Source of the DNA: Raja brachyura
Lineage: Eukaryota
DNA: 64,000 nucleotides
Direction: 5' to 3'
Assembly: GCA_963514005.1 (NCBI GenBank)
Contig: OY740804.1
Coordinates: 5,208,001 to 5,272,000 of the forward strand
A model generated the notes under the pieces. That model made no database searches, was not told the origin of the DNA, and saw only the letters and a list, made by a program, of their open reading frames with translations. Of the stretch, positions 40,001-52,554 are shown piece by piece. Both the position numbers and the translations under genes were made by a program. The first letter of the stretch is position 1. Every line of letters begins with the position of its first letter.

Positions 40001-40843
40001 TTTAGGAATTACAAGAATAGAACACCTTTATAGAAAAGGAAAATTTCTTTTATTCCAAGAGGTACAAGACATTTATGGACTATCTCAACAACATTTGTTT
40101 AGATATCTACAAATTAGAGATTATATTAAATCAAATACACAAGATTATAAAAATAAAGAAGCAGGATTGTTAGACGATTTATTTAATTTACACCCAAATA
40201 CAGAAAAATTAATAGCTTATATATATATAACATCATTTTGGATAAGGAGAATCCAACAACGGAAACATATCGTCAAGCATGGGAAAATGACATAGGATTA
40301 GCTATAACAAAAGAGAACTGGGAAGAAAGTTTACAACGTATACACCGATGTTCATTAAACGCCAGACATATATTGATTCAATTTAAAGTATTATATAGGT
40401 TACATTATTCAAAAGTTAAATTAAATAGTATCTTTCCGAAGCTTTCTGCTATCTGTGACAAATGTAAGAAAACAGAGGCAAATTTAATACATAGTTTTGT
40501 CACATGTCCTAAATTGAATCATTATTGGACAGAAATTTTTAAAGTTATTTCTGAAGTTATAAAAGTTAAATTGGACCCCAACCCAAAGTCAATAATATTT
40601 GGAATTCCGGACTTACAGTTACCACTTACAGTAAATCAAAGAAATTTCTTTGATTATTGTTTGATAATTGGGAAAAAAATTATATTGAAATTTTGGAAGG
40701 GAACACTATCCCCCACAACTAAAATGTGGGCAGCAGAGATGATGGAGACGCTACATCTGGAAAGAATTAGATTTGTCCTATTGGACAGGTATAATTCTTT
40801 TGAACAGATGTGGTCTCCATATATATTGTATCTAGATAAGTAG
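37060..40843 (+). pseudogene. L1-D ORF2p (EN-RT-Cys), frameshifted at ~38520, ~39580 and ~40225
   Basis: Consecutive ORF segments 37060-38526, 38510-39586, 39723-40295, 40238-40843. Confidence 0.9.
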
Positions 40844-43700
40844 CTGTTCTTGGCAACATGGCTCGACGTGCCCCCCGCGGGATCTGATGAGAATAATGTA
40901 TTTTTAAAATGGAAGTAACATGTCTTTACTGATACCATCATTTGTAGTAGAGTTATTAATAATACATATTGTGATCTTTTATTTATATATATAATATAGG
41001 CAGAGGTTAAAACATTTTATTATTATTTTTTTTTATTTTTTTTATTTTTTTTTAGTTCTTTTCTCTTCTTTTCTTTTTTACAATTATCAAATTATTAGTT
41101 AACTATACCCTCATTGATTTATAAGCTACTTTTTCTTTATCTTTATTTCTAAAAAAATAATAGATAAGTATTATTAATGTTTTACATGTATGATAAAATG
41201 AATTATCTGATATCTGTAAACTTGTTTAAGGTATCGTAATTGATTATCTTTAATAAAAAAATATTACAAAAAAAAGCGAAATCATGCCAATAATGGAAAG
41301 AAACCCACATATTTTACAACAATTCCCCTTTAAAATAGTAAAAGAAAAACTTAAATATCTTGGAATTTATGTAACAAAGAGATATACTTCTTTATTTAAA
41401 TCTAATTTTCCCCCTTTACTGAATAAATTAGATAAGAATATTTTGTATTGGAAAACCATACCCATTTCAATGATGGGTAGAATTAATGCGATAAAAATGA
41501 TTTTTCTCCCGCAACTATTATACCTTTTTCAATTAATCCCGATATATCTCCCAAAAACTTTTTTTTAAAAAGGTTGATTCTATAGTCACCAATTTTATAT
41601 GGGATTATAAGAACCACAGAATAAACAAGAAACATTTATGCAAATCAAAAGTAAATGGAGGCTTAGCATTACCGAATTTTATGTTTTATTTCTGGGCAGT
41701 TAATATTAAGAATATGAACTTTTGGTTGGAAGAATTGGATAAACAACCAGACTGGTTAAAAATGGAAAAAGAAGATTGTTTACCTTTTGAAATTGGGTCA
41801 ATTCTATTTGCTATTACCAAATTAAGCAAAAAAAACTATAAAGAAAACCCTATAATAGACAGTGGAATACGCACCTGGGAACAAATAAAGAAAACATTAA
41901 AATTGGATTATATACCACTATCTCTTCCTATTGTAAACAATGCAGCATTTAAACCCTCATGCATGGATAAGGGTTTTGTGCAATGGAAAAACCATGGAAT
42001 TACAAAGATGGGTGATCTCTAAAGGAAAAATACATTTCTCTCATTTCAGGAATTACAACAAATTTATGGGCTTCAATCAAAGGATTACTTTAGATATTTA
42101 CAAATCAGAGACTATGTTGAGTCAATTACAAATGAATATAAATTTAGAAAGATAGAAATTTTTGATGAATGTTTGAATAAACACCCGAACACAGAAAAAT
42201 TGATACCATATATTTATAGTATTTTATTAGATAGCGATGTTCCAAAGACGGATTTATATAGGCAATCATGGGAAAATGAATTAGGTCAAACAATTAAACC
42301 AGATATTTGGGATGAAAGCTTACATCGTATACATCACTGTTCGTTAAATACTAGACATTCTTTAATACAATTTAAAGTATTACATAGATTGCATTATTCA
42401 AAACAAAACTGAATAGAATTTTTCCAAGTGTTTCCCCTATTTGTGATAAATTAGATAAGAATATTTAGAGGCTAACCTAATACACTCATTCGTAAATTGT
42501 ATAAAAATTAATAATTTTTGGATGGAAATGTTTAAGATAATCTCAGAAGTCGTCAATACGAAACTGGTTCCTGACTCAAAATTAATAATATTAGGAATAA
42601 CAGAACCAAATCAATTCATTACTTCGAATCAAAGAACTTTTATTGATTATAGTTTAATAATTGGGAAAAAATTAATATTAAAATTTTGGAAAGGCTCTAT
42701 AACCCCCACAATTAAAATGTGGATCACAGAAATGTCGGAGACCCGATATTTGGAAAGAATAAGATTTGTCTTAATGGACAAACAAGAAATATTTAAAATA
42801 ATATGGTCCCCATTTATTGATTATTTGAAGGGGCAAACTGGTTCAGCACGAGAACCCGACTGAAACCAGAATCAAAGAATATATGAAGTAGTACATTTCA
42901 TAAAACGCGGATATATCTCCAACAATGTAAAATCTGTAGAATATTCCATTCTTTCCGAACTTTATATATATATATATTTTTTTTTTTTGTTTAACCTTTC
43001 TTCACTATTTTCTATCTTTATAAAAAATGGAAAAAAATAATATAGAAGCACAATTACTACGCAATCATTAATATAAATAATACTGATTATGTATATCTAC
43101 AAAGAACAAAATGATTTTTATTATGTCAACAATGACCACGTACCTTCTTATTATGTAATTGCTTCTAATTAATAAAAAAAATTAACAAAAAAGAGATGGA
43201 TAGATTCTTGATCAGTACTGGTGTCTGGAGTCCTGGGGAGAAGAGGATTTAGTTGAGAGGGAAAGGTAGATCAGCCATGATTGAATGATGGAGAGTAGAC
43301 TTGATGGGCCAAATGGCCTAATTCTGCTCCGAGTACTAATGAACTTATGATCTGTTCTTCAGAATTATTTACTAGCACCTTGAATTATTTTGAGCCACAG
43401 AGCTACTGGGCTATGAGCTGCTAAAGATAAAGTGCTTGCAGACTTGTTCTTTCCTGCACTAATGACTGTTGTGTAGCTGTGCGCAGCCAAATTGCACACA
43501 GCTAACTCCCTGTAGAAAATGACCCGACAGCTGGCCTTGTTGATTATGGGTGTAGGGGTAACTCTTGCCCCCAGAACAGAGAGTTTCATCCACTATTCTG
43601 GTGCAAACTATCTCCAGGTGAACTTTCTCAGTGACTTAACAGCAGATCAGCTAAATGCTTTATCCCTTGCATATCTCTTGACTTCCTCCCTCCCTGACTG

Positions 43701-43738
43701 TTGGTCTGAAGAAGGGTCTCGACCCGAAACGTCACCCA
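43701..43738 (+). ncRNA. Minimal type-I hammerhead ribozyme motif, Penelope-derived
   Basis: GGU-CUGAAGA-A-GGGUC(UC)GACCC-GAAA-CGUC-ACC: catalytic core, helix II, palindromic ACGU helix III, GGU/ACC helix I. Confidence 0.65.
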
Positions 43739-46700
43739 TTGCTTCTCTCCAGAGATGCCGCCTGACCCGCTGCGTTACTACAGCATTTAGTGTCTATCAA
43801 AGACACACGGCACTCCCTCAACGCACTGCAATGGGAAATGTTGAACCTAAACCTTAGCACATTCAAAGAAAAAACCTTTGAAAGTCAGCTATTGGGTACA
43901 GGCGGGCATCTCAAATGAGGAAGCACCAGAGTGACTGTCCAATTTAGCATTTGGAGAAGTTGTGGTAATCTCCCCCTTCTGAGAAAAACCAGCTGCCTTA
44001 CAACAGACTCTGCTGCTCGAGCTGTTCTCCACACCGTGCTTTCCCCAGCCTCTGAGTTCTCCTTCAAGGCATTTGTCTTGTGGCTTGTGAGCGGACCTGG
44101 ACTGAACTGATGATGTGTCTCCACCCCTGCTCCTGAATCTGCAGAGTTTCACATGTGTTAGAGTCATAGAGTTATACAGTGTGGAAACAGGCCCTTCGGC
44201 CCAACTTGCCCACACCGGCCAACATGTCTCAGCAACACTAGTCCCACCTGTCCACGTTTGGTCCATGTCCCTTGAAACCTATCCTATCCATGTACCTGTC
44301 TAACTGTTTCTTAAATGATGGGATAGTCCCTGCCTCAACTACCTCCTCTGGCAGCTTCATCCATACACCCACCACCATTTGTGTGAAAAAGACAACTCAT
44401 GATTATTCCAGGTGGATGTGGAGTTTGAAACATCAGTGGCAGATCCAGCTTCCACCAAAGGCCGGGAAGTTTAGTTCAATGGGGCACAAAGTGCTGGCGT
44501 AACTCAGTAGGTCAGGCAATATCTCGTGGTCTTGACTTGAAACGTCACCTATCCATGTTCTCCACAGATGCTGCCTGACCTGCTGAGTCACCACTGGCAC
44601 CACACGCAGCTGGCTATTCAGCTTTAATAAAGCACAAAGTGCTGGAGTAAGGCAGCAGGACAGGCAGCATCTCTGGGGAACATGGATAGGTGACATTTTG
44701 GGATGAGACCTGAATAAGGGGTAGGCCAGATGAGGAAAAACCTTTTCAACCCGTGTTGTGAATCTGTGGAATTCTCTGCCACAGAGAGCAGTGGAGGCCA
44801 ATTTACTGGATGTATTCAAGAGAGAGTTAGATATAGCCCTTAGGTCTAATGGAATCATGGGATATGGGGAGCAAGCAGAATGGGGCACTGATTTTGGATG
44901 ATCAGCCATGATCATATTGAAGGGCAGTTCTGGCTCGAAGGGCCGAATCGCCTACTCCTGCCCCAATTTTCTATGTATACATGTTTTTATGAATCGTCAG
45001 CTGTCCACTTTCTCCAGAGATAGTTCCTGTCCCGTTGAGTTACTCCAGCTCTTTGTGTCTATCTTTGGTGTAAACCAGCACCTGCAGTTCCTTGCCACAA
45101 ATGATCTATGCAAAACCATGCACCTGTCTGAACAGCACAAATGACATGTTTTTTATTGTTAAACCTCAGCTTGTGTTGCTGCAGTGTGAGTGATCTTTCA
45201 TCATTAATGCACCCACAGGGTCAAGGGGAATAACTGGGCCCAAGGAGATGAGGGGAGAGTTGGGGCAGTCGGTCACTGTGGAATGTTCGTATGGTCGGGA
45301 ATACGTCATCAACGGGGACCGGCGGTCCTGCTCGCTGACGGCTCATTTCCTCAACGATGATCGCTCCGGGACTAGAACCTCTGGTGCCCCCTCAATGGGG
45401 GAGGGGGGGAAACTTTCACGCTCAAAAACGTAATTCACTTTATCTCCAAAAGGTTCTCAAACAAGCCACCCGGATATGGTCATCACCAACTCTACAACAA
45501 TAAGCACAAGGGCTTCCACCACAACCACTCTGACCACCCTGCCTCAAGATGCACCAACCACCGAGGCAACAAGTTCTACTGAGTCTCTTGGTTCAACACT
45601 TCTAATCAGGTTAGTAACTCGAAGAGCCAACTCAGCCTCACCTGCGAACAAATTAGTTAAGTTCAATTCAGCTCAGTTAAAAGATACAGCGTGGAAATGG
45701 ACCCTTTGGCCCGCCGAGTCAACTCTGAGTAGCGATCACCCCATGCACCAGTTCTGTTCTACACACTAGGGACAATTTACTACAAACCCGCACGTCTTTG
45801 GAATGTGGGAGGAAACTGGAGAACCCAGAGTAAACTTTTGCGATCATAGGGAGAACGTACAAACTCTGCTCTGACAGCACCGGTAGTCAGGATCGAACCT
45901 GGATCTCCTGCGCTGTGAGGCAGCAACTCTACCGCTGCGCTGACATTTCAATGGGCGAGCCTCATGTCTAGATCAAGGAGCTTGGTCCATCTATGGTGGC
46001 CTAGGAAGGATCCTTGCTCAAATCTCTGGATTGGGATTCGAACCAAGAACCTCTCCACACAGAGCAAGAGCGCTCCCAACTGATTCATCTCCCACACACA
46101 GGGCCGGATAAGCTAGACAAGCTTAAGCTTAGGGCCTCAAGATCTAGGGGGGCCTACTCACCTTGCTGCCTCACCAGACCCGTTAAACCTCGCCGCCCCA
46201 CCAACCATCCGCCCACCGGGACATCCTACTCTTTGCCAGCTGACACTGGCCACTCCACCGCCCTCCAGCAGCCCGCAGCCATCGCCGTCGCCTTACCTGC
46301 AGCCTGGACAGCACCGAGCCTGAAGCTTCCACGCTGCAGACTCCCACTCCCCCCGGGTTTGACAGCACTGGCTCCTAGTGCTAGTCAGGTAACCCTGGTA
46401 ATCCCAGTGGCTATTCCACTGGGTATTCCCCATTCCCCTCAAACCATGTGACCCCAGCTCTTCCCCACCCAAAGTAATTGAAGTAATTTAATTAAATAGA
46501 TCCTGGAAAACCGATAACCATTGGTGAAAAACCAGTCCAGGCATTACATTTTGGGTTTCAGCCCCATCCTACCCTTTGGGCTTCTACCCCAACCTAACTG
46601 TGTGTTAGTTGTCAGTGCGTGATGTGTGTGTAGGAGGGAGAGAAGGGAGGGAGGGAGGGAGGGAGGGAGGGAGAGAAGGGAGGAAGGACAGAAGGGAGGG

Positions 46701-47069
46701 AGGAAGTAGAGAAAGAAGGGATGGAGCGAATGAGGGAAGGGAAAAGAGAAGAGGGAGGGAGGGAGGGAAGAAGGCTGGCAGATGCAATATGATGAAAAAA
46801 AATTCCCAGCGTTGATCTGCGATAACTCTGTGTGAAAGTAATAATATTTCCTTGGATTTCCAGGGACATCGTGCTGAATGTTCGCCGTGTTTGGGGTGTG
46901 TTACGCTGGGTACTCTTTGGAGTTCTGCTTCTCTTCCCGGTTTCCATCAGCTGTGTGACAACTTTTAAAAAGTAAAAGTTTGCAATCTCTTCACTCTGGT
47001 GTTCACATTAAATTCAATTGGGAATGATGGGAATTTACTTTAGAATTGTAGAGATAAAGTGTGGACATA

Positions 47070-50000
47070 CAGTGCCCTCCATAATGTTTGGGACAAAGAC
47101 CCTTCATTTATTTATTTGCCTCTGCATTCCACAATTTGATATTTGTAATAGAAAAAAAATCATATGTGGTTAAAGTGCACATTGTCAGATTTTATTAAAG
47201 GGGATTTTTATACATTTTGATTACACCATGTAGAAATTACAGCTGCGTTTATACAGTCCCCCCATTTCAGGGCACCATAAAGTTTGGGACACATGGCTTC
47301 ACAGGTGCTTGTAATTGCTCAGGTGTGTTTAATTGCCTCCTTAATGCAGTTACAAGATTGTACTCAGCACCTAGTTTTTCCTCCAGTCTTTCCACCACCT
47401 TTGGAAACTTTGATTGCTGTTTATCAGCATGAGAACCAAAGTTGTGCCAATTCTTGAAAATCAAAGAACCCATTATGAGACTGAGAAACAAAAATAAAAC
47501 TGTTACAGACATCAGCCAAACCTTAAAGCTTGCCAAAATCAACAGTTTGGAACATCATTAAGAAGAAAGAGAGCACTGGTGAGCTTACTAATCGCAAGGG
47601 ACTGGCAGGCCAAGGAAGACCTCCACAGCAGATAACAGAAGAATTCTCTCTATAATAAAGAAACCCCCCCCAAACACCTGTTCAACAGATCAGAAACACT
47701 CTTCAGGAGTCAGGTGTGGATTTGTCAATAACCACTGTACACAGAAGAATTAATGAACAGAAATACAGAGGCTACACTGCAAGATGCAAACCACTGGTTA
47801 GCCACAAAATAGGATGGCCAGTTTACACTTTGCCAAGAAGTACCTAAATGAGCAACCACAGTTCTGGAAAAAGATCTTGTGAACAGATAAGATGAAGATT
47901 AACTTATATCATATAACCATATAACCATATAACAATTACAGCACGGAAACAGGCCATCTCGGCCCTTCAAGTCCGTGCCGAACAACTTTTTTCCCTTAGT
48001 CCCACCTGCCTGCACTCATACCATAACCCTCCATACCCTTCTCATCCATATGCCTATCCAATTTATTTTTAAATGATACCAACGAACCTGCCGCCACCAC
48101 TTCCACTGGAAGCTCATTCCACACCGCTACCACTCTCTGAGTAAAGAAGTTCCCCCTCATGTTACCCCTAAACCTCTGTCCCTTAATTCTAAAGTCATGT
48201 CCTCTTGTTTGAATCTTCCCTATTCTCAAAGGGAAAAGCTTGTCCACATTAACTCTGTCTATCCCTCTCATCATTTTAAAGACCTCTATCAAGTCCCCCC
48301 TTAACCTTCTGCGCTCCAGAGAATAAAGACCTAACTTATTCAACCTATCTCTGTAACTTAGCTGTTGAAACCCAGGCAACATTCTAGTAAATCTCCTCTG
48401 TACCCTCTCTATTTTGTTGACATCCTTCCTATAATTAGGCGACCAAAATTGTACACCATACTCCAGATTTGGTCTCACCAACGCCTTGTACAATTTTAAC
48501 ATTACTTCCCAGCTTCTATACTCAATGCTCTGATTTATAAAGGCTAGCATACCAAAAGCTTTCTTTACCACCCTATCTATATGAGATTCCACCTTCAAGG
48601 AACTATGCACGGTTATTCCCAGATCCCTCTGTTCAATTGTATTCTTCAATTCCCTACCGTTTACCATGTACGTCCTATTTTGATTTGTCCTGCCAAGGTG
48701 TAGCACCTCACATTTATCAGCATTAAACTCCATCTGCCATCTTTCAGCCCATTTTTCCAACTGGCCTAAATCACTCTGTAGACTTTGGAAATCCTCTTCA
48801 TTATCCACAACACCCCCTATCTTGGTATCATCTGCATACTTACTAATCCAATTTACCACCCCTTCATCCAGATCATTGATGTACATGACAAACAACAAAG
48901 GACCCAACACAGATCCCTGAGGCACCCCACTAGTCACCTGCCTCCAACCCGACAAACAGCCATCCACCATTACCCTCTGGCTTCTCCCATTCAGCCACTG
49001 TTGAATCCATCTTGCTATTCCTGCATTTATACCCAACAGTTGAACCTTCTTAACCAACCTTCCATGAGGAACCTTGTCAAAGGCCTTACTGAAGTCCATA
49101 TAGACAACATCCACTGCTTTACCCTCGTCAATTTCCCTAGTAACCTCTTCAAAATATTCAAGAAGATTAGTCAAACATGACCTTCCAGGCATAAATCCAT
49201 GTTGACTGTTCCTAATTAGACCCTCTTTATCCAGATACTTATATATATTATCTCTAAGTATCTTTTCCATTAATTTGCCCACCACTGAAGTCAAACTAAC
49301 CGGTCTATAATTGCTAGGTTTACTTTTAGAACCCTTTTTAAACAATGGAACAACATGCGCAGTACGCCAATCCTCGGGGACTATTCCCGTTTCTAATGAC
49401 ATTTGAGTATATCAAAGTAATTTGACATATCAAAGTAATGGCAAGAGCAAAGTATGGAGAAGAGAAGGAACTGCCCAAGATCCAAAGCATACCACCTCAT
49501 CTGTGAAACACGGTGGTGGAGGTGTTATGGCCTGGGCATGCATGGCTGCTGAAGGTACTGACTCGCTGATCTTCATTGATGATACAACTGCTGATGGTGG
49601 TAGCATAATGAATTGACATGATGAATTCTGAAGTGTATAGACACATCCTATCTGCTCAAGTTCAAACAAATGCCTCAAAAAACCCACAGGCCGGCAGTTC
49701 ATTCTACAGGAAGACACCGATTTCAAACATATTGCAAAAGCAACAATGGAATTTTTCAAAGCTAAAAAATGATCAATTCTTTTCTGGCCAAGTCATTGTT
49801 AACACAATTCAGCATGCCATTTATATGCTGAAGAGAAAACTGAAGGGGACTAGCCCCCTTAAAAAGCATAAGCTAAAGATGGCTGCAATACAGGCCTGGC
49901 AGAGCATCACCAGAGAAGACACCCAGCAACTGGTGATGTCTATAAATCACAAACTTCAAGCAGTCATTGCATGCAAATGATTTGCAACAAAATACTAAAC

Positions 50001-50254
50001 ATGACTACTTTCATTTACATGTCTTTGCTGTGACCCAAACATTATGGTGCCCTGAAATGGGGGGACAATGTATAAACACTGCTGTAATTTCTATATGGTG
50101 AAACCAAAATATATAAAAATGCCCTTTATTAAAATCTGACAATTTGCACTTTAACCACATGTGATGTTTTTCTATTACAATTCTCAAATTGTAGAGAACA
50201 GAGGCAAATAAAATAAATTATAGGTCTTTTTCCCAAACATTATGTAGGGCACTG
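47070..50254 (+). mobile_element. Tc1 transposon, paralogous copy, interrupted by a CR1
   Basis: TA-CAGTGCCC...GGGCACTG-TA with degenerate transposase. Confidence 0.92.
47912..49406 (-). mobile_element. Young 5'-truncated CR1 LINE nested in the Tc1
   Basis: Uninterrupted 468-aa RT ORF (NYRPVSLTS, DFSKAFD, GVPQGSVLGP, YADD) and (ATGGTTAT)n tail. Absent from the other two Tc1 copies. Confidence 0.95.
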
Positions 50255-52457
50255 TAGGCCCTACAGCCGACCAAGTCCATGACGACCAATGATCACCCTG
50301 TACACTCGCACTATCATACACACGAGGGACAATTTACAATTATACAGAGGCCAATTAACCTACAAAACTACACGTCTTTGGATTGTGGTAAGAAACCGGA
50401 GCATCCGGCGAAAACCAGGTGGTAGAGATTACAAACTGCATTTTAATTGTCATTCAAGGAAAAAAACAGTCGAGACCTTGGAGATGGGGTCGGTAGTGGT
50501 GGAGGGAGGAGAGGAACAGCGCCCGTGAGCTGGCTGGGTGGGGCCTCACCTCGCATGGAGACGGCCGTGGGAGGCGAGGGGAAAAGGGTGCGTTGGTGGG
50601 TCGAGGTGTGTGCGGAGTGTGAGTGGGCTGCTGGAGGCCCTGCAGCAGCCGGTGGGTCAGGTGCCGCTGGAGGTCCCACAGCGGTCGGGGACAAGTGCGC
50701 GGATTGGACACGGCCTGCAGCGGCACGGAGCGGCGGTGGAGGCACCGACAACATCGCCAGGCCAGGCCGAACCCTGCAACTCCCACCCAGTGCCGTCTCC
50801 ACGACAACGGGCCTTTAAGCCCAAAATAAGACTCTACTTTTTTACCAATTTGATATTTTAAAGAATATAGATACCACCAGAAATGTGGCAACTCTTGTGT
50901 ACTGTATTATATAATCTGCTATTAATACTCTTGTTCTTAGCTTCAGCTGTGCTTATATAAAGTAAGATTTTGACTGAATTCTATGCAAAAGAAATTTCAC
51001 TGTACCCATGTGCATGAGACAATAAAGTACCATTGAACCATTGAGCAATGGGGATATAAAATGGTTACATGATTACAAGTATTGAACTGTGGACACACGT
51101 TAGAAGAATAAGATAAAAATTAAGGGTAATCATTTTATATCAATATTGTTATTCTGATGGAATGTCGCCCAATAATAATCGTTTCGCTTTTCAGGGCCAG
51201 AGAGGGTGTTCACCAGTTGGAGATGTACAAATCTCATCACCTTGACCCTACAGCATCACCACACCCCACCTATGTCCAATCTAACTTCACCACTTGAGGA
51301 GGAATTTGTTTAGGCAAAGGGTGATGAATCTGTGGAATTCATTGCCACAGATGGCTGTGGAGGCCAAGTCAATGGATATTTTTAAATTGACAGGTGTCAA
51401 AGAGATTGACAGGTGTCAAAGATTGAGGGGAGAAGGCATGAGAATGGGATGGAGGGGGAAAGATAGATCATCCATGATTGAATGGCGAAGTAGACTTGAT
51501 GGAGCAAATGGCCGAATTCTATACCTATGTTTGTAGACACATCTGTACATCCTGACATTCACCCAAAAGACAGCAGTACATAGACTTTAACTCAAAGCTG
51601 GCTCTCCAGAATGTGAACTTTTAACTTTATTACCAAATGAATTGCTGTGTAAAACACTACACATTGAATAATGATTAAAATAATCCAATGTAATAAAAGA
51701 TGGCAGAATTTTTGTCATAAAGTCATAAGTGATAAGAGTAGAATTAGGCCATCAAGTGTACTCCGCCATTCAATCATGGCTGACCTATCTCTTACTCCCA
51801 ACCCCATTCTCCTGCCTTCTCTCCATAACCTCTGACCCATGTACTAATTAGTAGTTAAGAATCTATCTGGTGTTTATCAGGTGATGTGTGGACTTACCTG
51901 ATCACGTTTGGCGTTGTCTTATTTCTCCTGGGTAACGTTTCAACACATGAGAAGCCGAGGAAGGCTGATCAATTGTGACGTGCATTTTGAGGTGGGTAAA
52001 CAGATCACAAGTTCACAGTTTCCAGGAGTAGAATTTGGCCATTCGGCCCATTGAATGGTCATTCAAACATGGCTGATCTCTGCCTCCTAACCCCATACAA
52101 GTTCAGACACAGTGTGCCCGCATTTAGGGGATTGGGTTGAGGGGGTGGGCAAGGGAATGTTTGCGGTGGTGGACAGAGCGCCAGTCAAGCGGGCAAACGT
52201 CAGCAGGATGAAGCAGAGCTTCGAGGAGATGCTCCAATCCAGGCAACAGGAGAGCATTGCAGCGCACTCCTGATAGGGACATTGTCCGTGGTGAGGAGGC
52301 TGGGGGAGATGGCAAGTCAGTCACCAAGTTAGTCTCGAACCACTGCAAAGTCGTTTCCTGAGTAAACGGAAATTGACTGTTTGACTTCTGTTGTGAATGA
52401 GGAAGAGGACAACTCAAACGCAGTGCAGGGACCAAACCGATCCAACGCAGCCGAGAC

Positions 52458-52554
52458 ATGGCGGTGGCACAGGGAGAATTCACCCACCAGAAACGGCCCA
52501 GATCCAGGGGAACAGTCGCTCTGTTGGTTCTTGTCGCTGTTGGTCTCACATCAG
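52458..52554 (+). CDS. Gene C exon 1, signal peptide [32 protein letters not shown](G)
   Basis: Kozak-like gacATGG, basic n-region, hydrophobic h-region, and phase-1 donor G|GTAAAT that joins the Ig exon as ...LTSGSWG-ITGP. Confidence 0.82.

Larger units (their letters stand above)
35213..41271 (+). mobile_element. L1-D, full-length ~6.06 kb L1/Tx1 nested in L1-C ORF2
   Basis: TSD AAAAGCGAAATCAT(G) at 35199-35213 and 41272-41286. Intact ORF1. ORF2 37060-40843 with three frameshifts. PolyA signal and A-tail. Confidence 0.96.
30959..43192 (+). mobile_element. L1-C, full-length L1/Tx1 (30959-35212 plus ~41286-43192) split by L1-D
   Basis: 5' end GACTTCCGG, ORF1 31125-32210, ORF2 from 32971. 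RINWNKSEIM resumes as PIMERN after the insert. AATAAA and A-tail at ~43170-43192. Confidence 0.93.
45219..51297 (+). pseudogene. Gene D pseudogene: no leader exon, Ig exon truncated by deletion (45219 to ~45304), stalk 45453-45609, TM 46864-46971, tail 51195-51297
   Basis: The Ig exon starts [29 protein letters not shown], then jumps into downstream intron sequence (gtcatcaacggggaccggcgg). L1-C occupies the position where the leader would be. Confidence 0.82.

Noticed and set aside
43519-43857. Repeated ORF MTRQLALLIMGVGV... as a leader or small gene
   Set aside because: Intron-1 sequence running into a Penelope-derived repeat. The nearby donor is phase 0, and the start is disrupted in unit B.
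51881-51980. Hydrophobic stretch VWTYLITFGVVLFLLG as a TM exon
   Set aside because: Short, wrong phase for the stalk, acceptor lost and frameshifted in the 61.9 kb copy, and deleted in the left arm. A better TM exon exists.
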